Assembly (NCBI RefSeq): GCF_001194135.2
Contig: NC_068984.1
Span: 25,674,225 to 25,738,224 of the forward strand
Direction of reading: 5' to 3'
Length of the DNA stretch: 64,000 bases
From: Octopus bimaculoides
Lineage: Eukaryota
Each line of letters starts with the position of its first letter. Position 1 is the first letter of the stretch. Below, piece by piece: positions 12,226-24,996 of this stretch. Position numbers and translations under genes: made by a program. The notes beneath the pieces were generated by a model. It did not search any database and was not told where the DNA came from. It saw nothing but the letters and a program-made list of their open reading frames with translations.

Positions 12226-12900
12226 GTTCAGTAGTTTTATTTTTATAACGTGCTTTCACTTCACTACCGAGCGCAGCTCTGTGTGCCTTGGGTATGTGCT
12301 GTGGTTTGCTGTGATGCTCTTATGGTTACTGTATTGAAAGTGTTTTGCGTAGGATGTGTGCACTGCCCAGTAGTGCAATTTTCTGTATGTTATATATATT
12401 TGTAAGTCCTGGTGTTTTTGTTATGTATTTGTCTGAATATTTTTTTATTATACCTNNNNNNNNNNNNNNNNNNNNNNNNNNNNNNNNNNNNNNNNNNNNN
12501 NNNNNNNNNNNNNNNNNNNNNNNNNNNNNNNNNNNNNNNNNNNNNNNNNNNNNNNNNNNNNNNNNNNNNNNNNNNNNNNNNNNNNNNNNNNNNNNNNNNN
12601 NNNNNNNNNNNNNNNNNNNNNNNNNNNNNNNNNNNNNNNNNNNNNNNNNNNNNNNNNNNNNNNNNNNNNNNNNNNNNNNNNNNNNNNNNNNNNNNNNNNN
12701 NNNNNNNNNNNNNNNTATGTTATATATATTTGTAAGTCTTGGTGTTTTTGTTATGTATTTGTCTGAATATTTTTTTATTATACCTAAGGCACCTACTATG
12801 ATAGGAATTGTTTCTGTTTTTAGATTCCACATTCGAGTTACCTCTATTTCCAAGTCTTTGTATTTTGAAAGTTTTTCCATTTCTTTTAGGGAAACGTTGT
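12171..12900 (-). mobile_element. Dong/R4-clade non-LTR retrotransposon 3' end (restriction-like endonuclease) with (TAA)n tail
   Basis: KLSKYKDLEIEVTRMWNLKTETIPIIVGALG...IQKIALLGSAHILRKTLSIQ*, then ~100 bp of 3' UTR and a (TAA)n tract at 12171-12225. Confidence 0.85.
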
Positions 12901-12909
12901 CATCTGCTG

Positions 12910-12959
<50 letters not shown>

Positions 12960-12961
<2 letters not shown>

Positions 12962-13420
12962 AGATTTGATACTTTCAGGCAGATTTCCACTGCATCACCT
13001 GCTAGGCCTCCATGTTGCTGGGGTGTGTGCTGCATTGTGTGTTCTCCTTTGTTGTTAGGGGAGGGAAAGCTCTTCCTGGTATTGTATTGCATCGGTTTGT
13101 TCTGTTATGAAGTTTAGTTGCAGTCTTTTGTTGTATTATTGCTTGTATTATGAGTTGTGTGTGCAATGTTGAGTTGGGTTCTTCTGTTGGGTATCCAGCC
13201 TATAGAGTACGTGTTGTCGTGGTTGTTTATTTATATTGGATTTGGTTTGGGTAGCTGTGTAGAGATTTTATTTTGGTTCAGCCTTTTATTTGCTGTTGTG
13301 TTTCTTTCTTTCTCTTGGGTCTGATGCATTTTTAGAGATATAAGGTCTGATGTGCTATTCTCTGTTGGATTCTCAGGTGTTTTGTTTTTATTTTCAGAGT
13401 GTATTTTTTCTATGTTTTTG
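12960..13420 (-). mobile_element. Strand-skewed (A/C-rich on minus) retroelement fragment between (TAA)n tracts
   Basis: Strong G/T skew on plus, bounded by (ATT)n runs; no diagnostic motif read. Confidence 0.4.
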
Positions 13421-13559
13421 TTTATTATTATTATTATTATTATTATTATTTTATGTTTGACTTTTGCTTTGCATTTGTACAAGTTGGATCCAAGTCTCAC
13501 CCAGAGACCTCAAGAGACAACAAGTTAGAAGTTCATGTAGGTGTTATGCCTAGGGTACC

Positions 13560-13823
13560 ATATATTTGGATTTGTCCATAGTGTTGTTCTAGAGAATGTT
13601 TAAGTAACCATAAGAAAATTATGTTTGTTTTAAAATTTGAGATCACATAGACAGTATTTTACGTAGGATATGGGCAGTTCCCATGAGCACTATCTTTTGA
13701 ACTTCAGCCATTTTGGGGTTTCCTGGTATCTGAGCTAGGTAGTAATCAGCCCGTTTTGCTGTCCTTCCCAGGGCACCTATAACAACAGGTATTGTTTTAG
13801 TCTTCAGGTTCCACATTTTGCTA

Positions 13824-13825
<2 letters not shown>
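13560..13825 (-). mobile_element. Second Dong/R4 3' fragment
   Basis: KMWNLKTKTIPVVIGALG...EVQKIVLMGTAHILRKILSM*, starting at a (TAA)n tract. Confidence 0.82.
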
Positions 13826-13873
<48 letters not shown>

Positions 13874-14129
13874 CATTATTATTAAGGTGGCAGGCTGACA
13901 GAATCATGGGCATGCCGGATGAAATGCTTAGCAGCATTTCGTCCGTCTTTACGATCCGAGTTCAAATTCTGTCTAGGTTGACTTTACCTTTCACCTCTTC
14001 GGGGTCAATAAAATAAGTATCAGTTAGACACTGGGGTCGATGTAATCAACTCATTCTCTCCACCAAAACTGCTGCCCCTGTGGAAAAATTTGAAACCATT
14101 ATTATTTTTATTATTATTTTGCCAGTACC

Positions 14130-14335
14130 GCCTGACTGGCCCACGTGCCGGTGGCACGTAAATGCACCCACTACACTCTCGGAGTGGTTGGCGTTAGGAA
14201 GGGCATCCAGCTGTAGAAACTCTGCCAAATTAGATTGAAGCCTGGTGCAGCCATCCAGTTCACTAGTCCTCAGTCAAATTGTCCAACCCATGCTAGCATG
14301 GAAAGCAGACGTTAAACGATGATGATGATGATGAT
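14130..14335 (+). mobile_element. SINE family B 3' part ('gagtggttggcgttaggaagggcatccagctgtagaaac...ttaaacgatgatgat')
   Basis: Many copies: ~27380-27835(-), 35465-35930(-), 36985-37285(-), 41340-41697, 45330-45760, 51585-51750, 53830-54005(-), 55430-55800(-), 58890-59140(-). Confidence 0.82.
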
Positions 14336-14359
14336 TATTATTATTATTATTATTATTAA

Positions 14360-14407
<48 letters not shown>

Positions 14408-14439
14408 CATCATTGTTGTTGTTGTTATTATTCCTCCAG

Positions 14440-14830
14440 GAGACTTTCAGCCTTGCTAGTGTAGGAAATCCCAACAGGCATGGTTGTACCATCTTTCCAA
14501 GATGTGAGTAAAACAAACAGTTTGTACATACTAGTTCATTGCCTGAGCGTTGGAGACTTGTGGAATTATGTCGAACAGCTGTTGTCATGTGTTGGACAAA
14601 TCCAGCAAATAGCCAAGTTGATAATGAGTAATTCCCTGTCAACTTCCTTTTGGTTGGGAAGAGCTAGTATGGTAGATAAGGCTGAAAAAAAAATTTAGGA
14701 CAAATACTTTACTCTCTATTCAAGCCTTCATCAACAATTTCAAGTTCCACTTTGAGAGAAAGCTTAAATTGAAGAGAGAGATGCTGAAAGGTGTGTGAGA
14801 GTAGTGAGACTGCTTTTTGTGAGTGAATAA
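14440..14830 (+). mobile_element. L1/Tx1-like LINE ORF2 C-terminal remnant
   Basis: Translated fragments LVHCLSVGDLWNYVEQLLSCVG and INNFKFHFERKLKLKREML resemble the post-RT CCHC/C-terminal region. Confidence 0.55.
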
Positions 14831-17779
14831 GCATACTCTCAGACCAGAGAACACAGTTAGGAGATGGCACTTGTCCTTGAGATTATGAGTAATCCAGGAT
14901 TTGGGAGATTCTTTTGATTGGCTCCCGGTGGTTATCTCTATGATGTCATTGTATTATAATTGGCACTATTCTATAATTTGTCCTTGTAGTGGCTCATTAT
15001 CCATTGTCCTTGTTACAAATAAAAATAAAGATTATTAAAATTGTTAGAGTCATTAAAGTAAAAAACAGTAGCTGTTCCAGCTATTTACATTCTAAGTTCA
15101 AATCCACTGAGGCTAATTAGTTAAATAATTAAAATAATTTTTTTTTTTTAAATGATACAACAAAAAAATAAAAAAACAAAGACGGGAAACAGCTTGAGTG
15201 TGTGTGTTTATTATTGGTATAATGATTCTTCTGAGATACAACAAAATATCAGTCAATTTAACTGATTAATGTAACCCCTCAAATTTCTAGCCTTGTACAA
15301 ATGTTAGAAATTACTGCTGGGGCAGCCTACTGGAGCCTAGCAGCAGGTATAAAAAGGGGAATTTGACAAGACAGTCAGTTGGACGCTGACACTCGTTGAT
15401 GCTGCATCGAAGAGGCCAGGGAATAGAAGAAAGAAAACATGCACCCAACACCAGAGCTGAAGACACCTCCAAAAGGGGGGGCCCCGCCACGTCAAAACGG
15501 TAGAGGAGTAGGGGCCGAAACCGGACGTGGTTCCTTCTGATGATGTCTTGAGCTAACTGGATCCTATAAAGGAGCTGTTGTGTTAGCAGACCATGAAACA
15601 TGGTTGAAATTCCTCCTTTTAGGAGCTAGATGGTAAAATTTCAAGAGCATTGGTTTAATATCATACTCAGTTCAGTTACGTCTGTTTACTTATTGAATTC
15701 AAATGACTTTATCCTCAATTCTTACACTGCTGTTAATATAGAACCAGTCAAGTACTGAAGTCAAATGTAACTGATCTTCAGATCTTGTGACAATATTACA
15801 TATTATTATTCTCTTCTACTCTAGGCACAAGGCCTGAAATTTTGGGGCTGGGAGCCAGTTGATTAGATTGACCCCTGTATACAACTGGTGCTTAATTTAT
15901 TGACCCTGAAAGGATGAAAGGCAAAATCAGCCTCGGCGGAATTTGAACTCAGAATGTAAAGACAGACGGAATACCACTAAGCATTTTGCCCAGTGTGTTA
16001 ACATTTCTGCCAGCTCACCACCTTTACATATTATTATTATCATTGTTATTAATGCCATGTATATAGGCAGTGAAATGGTAGAATAATTAGCATGCTGCAC
16101 AAAATGCTAAGAGGCATTCCATCCATTTTCACATCTTGGGTTCAATTTCCACAGAGGTCATTGCCTTTCTTCATTTTGGGGTTGATAAAATAAGTACCAG
16201 TTGAGCACTGGGGTCAATATAATTGACTAGCCTCCTACCCAAAATTTCAGGCCTTGTGCTTATAGTAGAAAGGATTATTAATGCCATGTACTTCCAAGCA
16301 ATATAATTGCTTGGAAATATACAGCATGCTTTATAAGCTGGTTTGATTATTATATTTTTAGAGGCATGAAACTAATGGTAGCTCAAATTTAAATTCTGCA
16401 TATATTAAATGATATTTCTCTCTCACTGGAAAGAGTACTTTTGTTGCTGATCCTGTGAATAAAAGAACTGTACATTTTACATCCAGCTGTAGAAAATCTG
16501 CCTCAACAAAGTTCTGTTTGACCCATGCAAGCATGGAAGAGTATATATTAAAAGATGATTATTATTGTTCAATTACTTTATTTTACATTCTGTTCAATCT
16601 GTTTCTTGCTGTGTACGTGTCCTTATATCACTTACAGTACTATAATTCTTTCTGATTGCTCATGCAATGAAGGAATTAGAAGCTTAAATCATGGAGCATA
16701 CAACAGCTATCTCCAACTGTGTTGAAGACTATAATCTCAAAATAATATCTGTGTTTTGTCTAATAATCTAAATATTAAGCTGTAACTATGAAAAAATATG
16801 TAGGCGGATCATTTTTGCTTTTTACATTTTGTCAGCCATTTTGGTGTCACTAACTTCAGAATATATCATTATTATATCTCAATATATCATTATATGATTC
16901 AAATATATAATGATAGCTATTGAAATTACTTATAGGAATCATTATTTTATCTATCAATGCTAGTCGCCAGTATTATTAGAATTACTATACTATTTCAAGT
17001 AGTTATTATTTAGAACTTCCTGTTATTAAATATGACAAATCAATATTGCTAAATTGGTTAGATGGAAAATGCTTTGTTTCTTTCCATTCTGAATTCAAAT
17101 CCTTCCAAAGCCTTGCTTTTATTCTTTCAGGGTCAATAAAATGAAACACTAATTGAATCCTCTGTTGATACAATCAATTTTTCCCTTCATACCAAATTTG
17201 AGACTTTGTGCTTTATGTTAGGAACCACTGCCAAGTACTGAGGTTGGAATAATAAGCTGTTCCTTCCCACAAATTTCTGGCGTTGTTCTTGTTCTAGCCA
17301 ACAATTTCAGCAGAAGAGGATTAGTTGATTACATCAATCCTGATACTTGACAGGAACTTTTTTTTCTTTTTTTATCAAAAGTAAAGTTAAGTTGGTGAGA
17401 TTTGAATCCAGACTGTAAAGAACCAGAAAAAAAATACTAAAAATTTTTTTTTTAATGTTCTAATGATTCTGCCAAACAACAACAACAACAACAACAGAAC
17501 TACTACTACTACTACTACTACTAGCTGAACCCGTGAAAAATTCATGGTAAATGTAAAAAATGTAAGCATCTGTAAATTGTGTGCTGGTTCCATGAGAAAT
17601 GTTTCTATATTGCGACAGTTACAGAATATAGAAAGAAGTGTAAAACTGATAACTATATAATCCAACCAAAATATCTCAGTTACACAAATGTAAACAGAAT
17701 TACTATTTAGCCTTAAAATACATCCTAAATATTCAAAGAACCTTCTTGGTTTAGTGGTACAGAATGTTCTTCTGGTATT

Positions 17780-18090
17780 CTTTTATTCTCTTACTTGTTT
17801 CAGTCATTTGACAGTGGTCATGCTGGAGCACCACCCTTTAGTCAAAGAAATCGACCCCTACACTTATTCCCTATAAGCCTGGTGTTAATTCTATCAGTCT
17901 ATTCTGCCAAACAGCTAAGTTACAGGGACGCAAACACATTAATATCTGTTGTCAAGAAATGGTAGTGGGGGATAAGCACAGACACAAACACACACACACT
18001 CACATATATATATGATGGGCTTCTTTCAGTTTCCATCTACCAAATTCACTCATGAGGCTTTAGTCGACTCGAGGCTATAGTAGAAGATAC
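17780..18090 (-). mobile_element. SINE family A, 5'-truncated diverged copy
   Basis: Alignable by eye to 10779-11311. Confidence 0.75.
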
Positions 18091-19569
18091 TCTTTAAAAT
18101 ATAGAGTTGAATTTTGTGTAGCCACCTGTTGGCAGCTTTTCTCCCACACCCATTTTGTACCCATTTTTCTGGGCTCTTTTCCCAGTTATACCCTGTTTGA
18201 AATTTGTATTAGTTTTTGCATGAAAAAAAAAAAAAAAGGATGAAAGGCAAAATCAATCTCAGTAGAATTTGAACACACAACATAAAGATGGGTGAAATGC
18301 AACAAAGCATTTTGTCCAGCATGCAAACAATTCTGCCAGCTCACCATCTTAATAATAATAATGGTTTCAAATTTTGGCACAAGGTTAGTAATTTTGAAGG
18401 AGGGGTTAAATCAATTACATCAACCCCAGTGCTTAACAGGTTCTTATTTTATCGACTCTGGAAGGAGGAAAGACAAAGTCGATCTCAGCAGCATTTGATC
18501 TCAGAAAGTAAAGTCAGATGAAAAGCCACTAAGCATTTTGCCCAGCATGCTAATGGTTCTAATACTGTCACAAGGTGAATTGGCAGAAACATTAGCATGC
18601 CGGGCAAAATGCTTAGCAGTATTTTGTCTGTCTTTATGTTCTGAGTTCAAATTCCGCCAAGGTTGACTTTGCCTTTCATCCTTTCAGGGTTGATAAATTA
18701 AGTACCAGTTGCGTACTAGGGTTGATTTAATCGACTGGCCCCCTCCCCCAAAATTTGGGGTCTTGTGCCTAGAGTAGAAAAGAATATTGTCACAACATCA
18801 AAGATCAATCACCTGTCTCCCCTTCCACTCCAGTGACTTTTGCAGAGTCTACTCTAATTCAAGTATTGTAGGCTAGGTTCCTGCTTCAAGAATATTTTCT
18901 TCACACCCTTACATCAATCTTGGAGGCCCTACAAAGGATTGTTGGCAACGACTACTTGCCTGACAAAAAGACAAAAAATATTTTAAAAAAGACAAGTACA
19001 TTATGAATGAAGTTCTAAATAGGAAGGGTGTACTCTATTGTTATTTTGATGTGTTCTTCCTAAATGGGAAGATGTGGTTGTGTTCAGTTAATTTCTATAC
19101 AAGCATGGGAGACTTCTCAATGAGAATGTTCTATAATTTTCAATGTATTTTAACCAATAGTTAAAAGGAATACTGTAAATAACATCTTAATGATGTTGTT
19201 AGCTGCAATTGATATGTAAGCCATTACTTCTATTTGAAACCTAAAACCTCCACAGTATATAATAACATAGTTATGTTGTTGATCCTAATCAAGTATATCT
19301 TACATTTCATAATTCAATCCTTTGATCACTCTTTCAATAAATTGAAAGAGTTGAGTATTAAATATCTATAAGCTAAATTAAAATCTATAAGTTAAATTAA
19401 ATATCTATGAGCTACTCTTATATTCAAATGTGGTGATGATCATGATTTCAACAATTATCATACAATTATCATCTGATGCCATCCAATTAACATTAATACT
19501 GCTATTTAAAAAAAAAAAAATTCTACCGAAAATTATGGCTTGCCAAATTATTATTTTTTAACTAAGTAA

Positions 19570-19890
19570 ACCAGTGTGGTTTCAGCAAAGGTCATTTGAC
19601 TATCCACCCTATTCTCTAACTTCTAAATAAGCTGATGCAAATATAACTTCCGATGCAAACCTCAAATTACTTTTGGAATATTTTCTAGACTGCTTAATAT
19701 CATAAACTGACAAATACTAGCATCAAAATTACACCACAATGGTCTATGGGGCATAGGAAATAAGTGATTTAAAATTTTTGCAGTGGATAGGATGTAATGG
19801 AAATAAGCAGGAAACATCATATCTCTAGAAATTAGTGTAACTTATGGTGGCCTTAACAGCCCAATATCCAGGCCATTGCTATTCAAAATC
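19570..19890 (+). mobile_element. Old CR1/L2(Crack)-type reverse transcriptase remnant
   Basis: Manual translation gives QCGFSKGHLTIHPIL, KLHHNGLWGIGNK*FK and YGGLNSPISRPLLFKI (degenerate GVPQGSILGPLLF). Confidence 0.6.
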
Positions 19891-19971
19891 TCTGTAACAT
19901 GCATTTAGCCTTATATTTAGATCTTTTAAAAAAAAAAGAACAAAAAACTGATTTAATCAATATATCAGACA

Positions 19972-20192
19972 CCCTTTTGATACCAACCTGCCTGAGATTA
20001 TCGTTGGTTCTGTAATACAATCTACCAATTTTAAAGTGATACAAATTAAAACCTTCCATAAAAACTTTATGGTAATTTATGTCTCAAACACCAGCTTAAC
20101 AGTGACATGTCATTTTACTAAATTATTCTTTCTTATCAAAATTCACTGAAACAAAGGTAGCGTATTCTAATAGAAATTTTGTATCAAAAGGG
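19972..20192. mobile_element. piggyBac-like MITE
   Basis: 12-bp TIR cccttttgatac / gtatcaaaaggg followed by TTAA on the right; the left TTAA is not preserved. Confidence 0.7.
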
Positions 20193-20589
20193 TTAATTCA
20201 AACAAGCTAGCTTAAGTATGACCACAAGGTTAAGAAGCTCATTTACAATCAAGTATTTTGGGTTTGATCCCATTGTGTACTAAATAGATAGATATCTTCT
20301 ATCATAGCCTTGGATTGATCAATGTCTTATGAATGAAATTTGGTTGATGAAAACAGTATGGAAAGCAGGTATTAAATGATGATGACATATTTTTGGCCTT
20401 TGAGTTACTCTGTACTTCTGTCAATCAAAAATAAAATAAATATATACTCATGTTTAGAGTTCTATTCTGTTTGTATATCCAGCTGTAAAAACCATGCCAA
20501 AGTGGGAAATGAAGCTCTTAGTGCAGCCCTCTTGCTTATTAGTTCATGTCAAAACCATTCAACTCATGCCAGCATGGAAAAAGAGACGT

Positions 20590-20592
20590 TAA

Positions 20593-20629
<37 letters not shown>

Positions 20630-20722
20630 GGAGGAGGAGGAGGAGGAGGAGGAGGAGGATAGATTGATAGATTGCATACATACATGACTGCCTGCCTGCC
20701 TACCTGCCTATGTATGTATATG

Positions 20723-20810
<88 letters not shown>
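20590..20810. repeat. (GAT)n(GAG)n then (TG)n(TA)n microsatellites
   Basis: Seen directly. Confidence 0.95.
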
Positions 20811-21667
20811 CAGGGGTGCGATGGGTAAATAGACACCATTTTATATTTGTAGTTTCGCATATATGCACTGTTTGTTTTTGATTTTGTCAACTACACAGTA
20901 TAGTAGGGTCAGTACCATAATGCAATTCACTCTGCCAGAAATTTGAAAATAACATGCTGTATTGCCTGGCATTTTTGCCAGAAGCTCCAATATGAACATT
21001 TCAGAATGTTTGGGAATCAATCTGAGGACAGTGTAATCTGAGGATATGTACCGAGAGTGATAAAAATCAAACATCCAGTCAACATCATGCTGTTTGGAGT
21101 GATCACTAGTGATGGCGACGTTATGTCTAAATTCACCTTTCCACATGGCCTCAGACTCGACATGGAGATCTACATCAAGTGCCTGGAGGAGTGCCCTAGG
21201 TCAAGAGGATGGCTGCTGGAAGGCCATATGTCAAGCAACAGCACTCTGTACCATGCCACATAAGCAGGAGAACCCAGTCATGGCTGTCAGACAATTTCTG
21301 TGACCACATCACCCCTAACATCTGGCCATCTCTCTCCCCAGACTGCAGCCCTGTTGATTATTATGTGTGGGGTGCAGTTGAGCGAGAGACCAACAAAACT
21401 CCTTGTAACACCAAAGATGAACTGAAGGCAAGGATTATGGCAGCATTCACCAACTTAAACAAGGAGACCATCTAGAAGAGTTACAGGAGATTCCAAAGTT
21501 GCCTGGAGGCCGTGGTTGAAGCCAATGGTGATTTTATTTAATAAATTTACTCTTTAGTATTTCAAGATGTTTTTATGTAATTTTAGTAAATATATCTGTT
21601 AAAATGAGATGACAGTGTTATTTTCATTTTCGCATGATTTAGATAACAGTTTATTCACCACACCCTG
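20811..21667 (+). mobile_element. Internally deleted IS630-Tc1-mariner element, maT (DD37D) family
   Basis: TA|caggggtgcgatgggtaaa ... tttattcaccacaccctg|TA. The transposase remnant FGVITSDG...QQHSVPCH...SPDCSPVDYYVWG has 37 residues between the second catalytic position (mutated D>H) and the final D. Confidence 0.88.
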
Positions 21668-21719
21668 TATATATAAATATATATATATATGTAATATTAA
21701 TATTTCTAAGTCTCTCTAA

Positions 21720-22010
21720 AGGAGACTATGGCAGCGGTACTGGATATTAATAGTTATTGCCAAGCCAACATGGCAGTCCAAAAAATAGGACGAATGCTGC
21801 TGTTGATTAGCTCCAAGAGGCCATTGCCTCTAGCTAGCTATGTGACACGCGAACCTGTGTCCATTATAACCTTCGAACAGGGGAGGTCAGCCGCTTCCCC
21901 TTGCTGGTCTGGTATCTACAGACTAGTTTCGGGGTATTGCCCCTTATCAATGTAGAGCAGCCGAACCCAGCAGGCGTCGCTACTGACCGTCTGTACGAAG
22001 GATTATTTAC
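21720..22010 (-). mobile_element. Penelope-like (PLE) pseudo-LTR fragment carrying a hammerhead motif
   Basis: GC-richer island containing a minimal type I hammerhead fold of the kind typical of PLE termini; no RT/GIY-YIG read. Confidence 0.55.
21915..21956 (-). ncRNA. Minimal type I hammerhead ribozyme, U3-A8 core variant
   Basis: Minus strand: TCTACA-TTGATAA-GGGG caata CCCC-GAAA-CTAGTC-TGTAGA. 6-bp stem I, 4-bp stem II closed by G-C, palindromic ACTAGT stem III, GUC cleavage triplet. Confidence 0.72.
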
Positions 22011-22925
22011 CTAATTTCAATGGAATACATCCACTGGTTTTCAGAAATAGAGATAAATATATATGTATAGAGATAGATATATATGTATATGTACGTATAT
22101 AATGCACATTAATAAGAAAATTGCTGATAAACTGATGCATCAAGTAGAAATACTTTGTGTTATTTATTCTGCCCTATTTGTACAGACACTCTTTTATCAC
22201 TCTCACCACTGGAAATGCAGTGAACCTATAGTCAGTGACAGAACACTATTACTTACAACATGTCTGATAAATGAAAATCTATTTAATCATTAAAAAAACA
22301 AATATCACTTCTTTGGTTCTTGTGATGGATATTGTTGCTATCATTGCTCCATACACAAAATGTAAGTAATACCAAGATATAATGAATAAAAAAAGGTGAT
22401 ACTACTTTGCTTCATTTCCTAGGTATACTTTAAAAAAATAAATACATGATTGAATTAAGTGGGCTCAACATGTCACTCTCATCACCATAACATCTTAAAA
22501 GCTTTGTTTGCTCTAAAAAAAAACAATGCAATAAATTTCTTCCTTTGAACATACTAATATTTCAATATTTCCTAGCCTGTCACTCTATCTAAACTATGGT
22601 ATTGGGAACTGTAAACGAATCATTATCAAACTGAATTGAAAATAATCAAGAAAATGGCAATAAGGATGATGCACAAACATTTTGGATAATGGTTGGATTG
22701 AAGTTCTAAGGAATATATCTGACATTCTGACTGGGAGGGATTTGCTTAAAACCTATGTCTCAATCAGTCAATGACTTCACAAATAATAAATATCAAGATT
22801 TTTAAAAATTATTTCTCGTGGTTACTTCTTTTACAAAGTGATTGAACCATTGCAAAGAATAGAAATATATGACAGAATGATCCAAGTGTCTACCATGGAA
22901 AAAAAAAAATCTAAAAACAATTGGT

Positions 22926-23335
22926 GTAGGCATGGCTATGTGGTTAAGAAGCTAGCTTTGCAACTATGCTGTTTCAGGTTCAGTCCTACTTCATGGCACC
23001 TTGGACAAGTGTCTTTTACTATAGTCCCTGGTTTATCAATGCCTTGTGAATTTGTTAGGCGAAAACTGTGTAGAAACCCATTGTATGTATATATATATGT
23101 GTGTATATATATATGTGTGTGTGTGTATGTGTCAGTGTTTGTCTCCCAGCGACACAATTTGACAACAAGTGTTAGTTTGTTTACATCCTTATGACTTAGT
23201 GGTTTAACAAAAGAGAATGATAGAATAAGTACCAGATTTAGAAATAAGTACTGTGGTTGATTTGTTTGACTAAAAGTCTTCAAGGCAGTGCCCCCAGCAT
23301 GGTTGCTGTCCAATGACCAAAACAAGTGAATGATA
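22926..23335 (+). mobile_element. SINE family A, diverged plus-strand copy
   Basis: Same head, caccttggacaagtgtc core, TA/TG microsatellite and tail. Confidence 0.75.
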
Positions 23336-23914
23336 AACGAGTAATTTATTATAATACAAAATGAATTTTACACAAACATTGTATGTCCAATTGCTGATCA
23401 ATAAAAAAATTTTCATCTGGTGATGCAAATTAGAATTGAAATAACTATAATCACAACTAAACAGATGTGACCAAATTATGATTAAAAGATTGGATGATAT
23501 ACAAATCCCCACTAAATTTTTTTAATCTTGATTCATTCTCATTTTAATTCCTTCTATTTTCTGAAATAAATTTCTTGAACTTTTTCCTTAAATAACATTT
23601 TATTCTTACTATCTGTTATTTTCCTCTATTCAAGTTATTTTTAAAAAATTTCTTTCAAAAGCAGTTGTTCTGAAAAAATGGTTGGACTAAAACCATTATC
23701 TTTGTAATTGTCTAACACTCTTTATTTGTGCTTTTATTGATTGTAAAAATAAAATTCTGTCCATTAATAAAGAAATAAATTCTGGTTCAGTGGTTAAAAG
23801 ATCTTGTCTAACTTTAATTATTTATTGTGATTGAACAGACTGTAAAAAATACTAGAGGAAGTTGATTTTTTAAAGTACCAAATGCAACACTACTCAGGAT
23901 AATCTGCCTTCCCT

Positions 23915-24015
23915 CCTTCTCCTCCTCCTCCTCCTCCTCCTCCTCATCATCATCATCACCACCACCACAACCACCACCACCACCACCATCACCATCATCA
24001 TCGTCGTCGTCGTCG

Positions 24016-24054
<39 letters not shown>

Positions 24055-24262
24055 CCATCACCATCATCATCTTCCTTCTTTTCCTCCCTCCCCCTCTTTG
24101 TCGTTGTCATCATCGTCGTCATCGTCATCGTCATCATAATCATCATCATCATCATCATCACACTACCATCCTTACTATCATCATCCCCATTACCATTAAC
24201 TTTGCTATCATTGTCAACACCACTACCACCACCTACCATCATCATCACTATCATCATCATCT
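23915..24262. repeat. Compound trinucleotide array (CCT)n(CAT)n(CAC)n(CGT)n
   Basis: Seen directly. Confidence 0.95.
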
Positions 24263-24319
24263 GCAACAGTAGATATGTTTCATATCCGTTTTTCAATGTT
24301 TCCATGAATTGGACACATT

Positions 24320-24870
24320 TTCTCCAGTGGAGTTGTTGCAATCTTTTGTAATCTCCTTTGTGAAGCTCAATCTCCTTAGGTTAGCTTTCACCATGTCTCA
24401 TGTTTTATTCTTTCCATTTGGATTGCTCGACCCCTTCTTTATCCAGCTGCTACCCTCCATACTCATCCACATGTCTGTTCTATCTGAGCCTTCTAGCACA
24501 CCTCACCTAATTCCTCTTATACCCAGTCATTCTATCAACTCATTTATACTCTGTTGTTCAAATACGCTGATATTACACATCTAGCTCATGTCATTTCTTT
24601 TCATCTATTGTATATATCCTTTGCATTCAACAACCATGTTTTGCTAACATGCGATATCCACGCTTTATCTTCCCACTCTTCCTCTGGCTACTATGATTTC
24701 AGAACATCTACTTCCATTGCCAATTACATAAGCTACATCTATGGAGGCCTCTAAGCATTTGAAAGAATTTATTTCATGAATGCTCTTACTGCTAAATACT
24801 TCTAAACATCTACAACATACAAAGTCCTTCTCTGTCAGCTTGCCTGTAATCACACATCATCTCTTGTGTA
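24320..24870 (-). mobile_element. RTE-clade LINE 3' remnant
   Basis: The minus strand reads degenerate FVCCRC, CSEIIVARGRVG and a terminal ...KANLRRLSFTKEITKDCNNSTG-like RTE C-terminus. Confidence 0.7.
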
Positions 24871-24996
24871 CTCATAATTAACATTGAGAATGCAGGAGAA
24901 AATTCTTATCTTTTCTGCTTCTTTAGCTTGAGCACTTCCAGATGGTGTCTTCTTTCCTGTTACCTAAAATTTTTGTCTTTACTAGGGCTACTTTAA

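Noticed and set aside
23814-24341. 175-aa acidic poly-D/E/G/M ORF
   Set aside because: Compound trinucleotide microsatellite; no splice or homology support.
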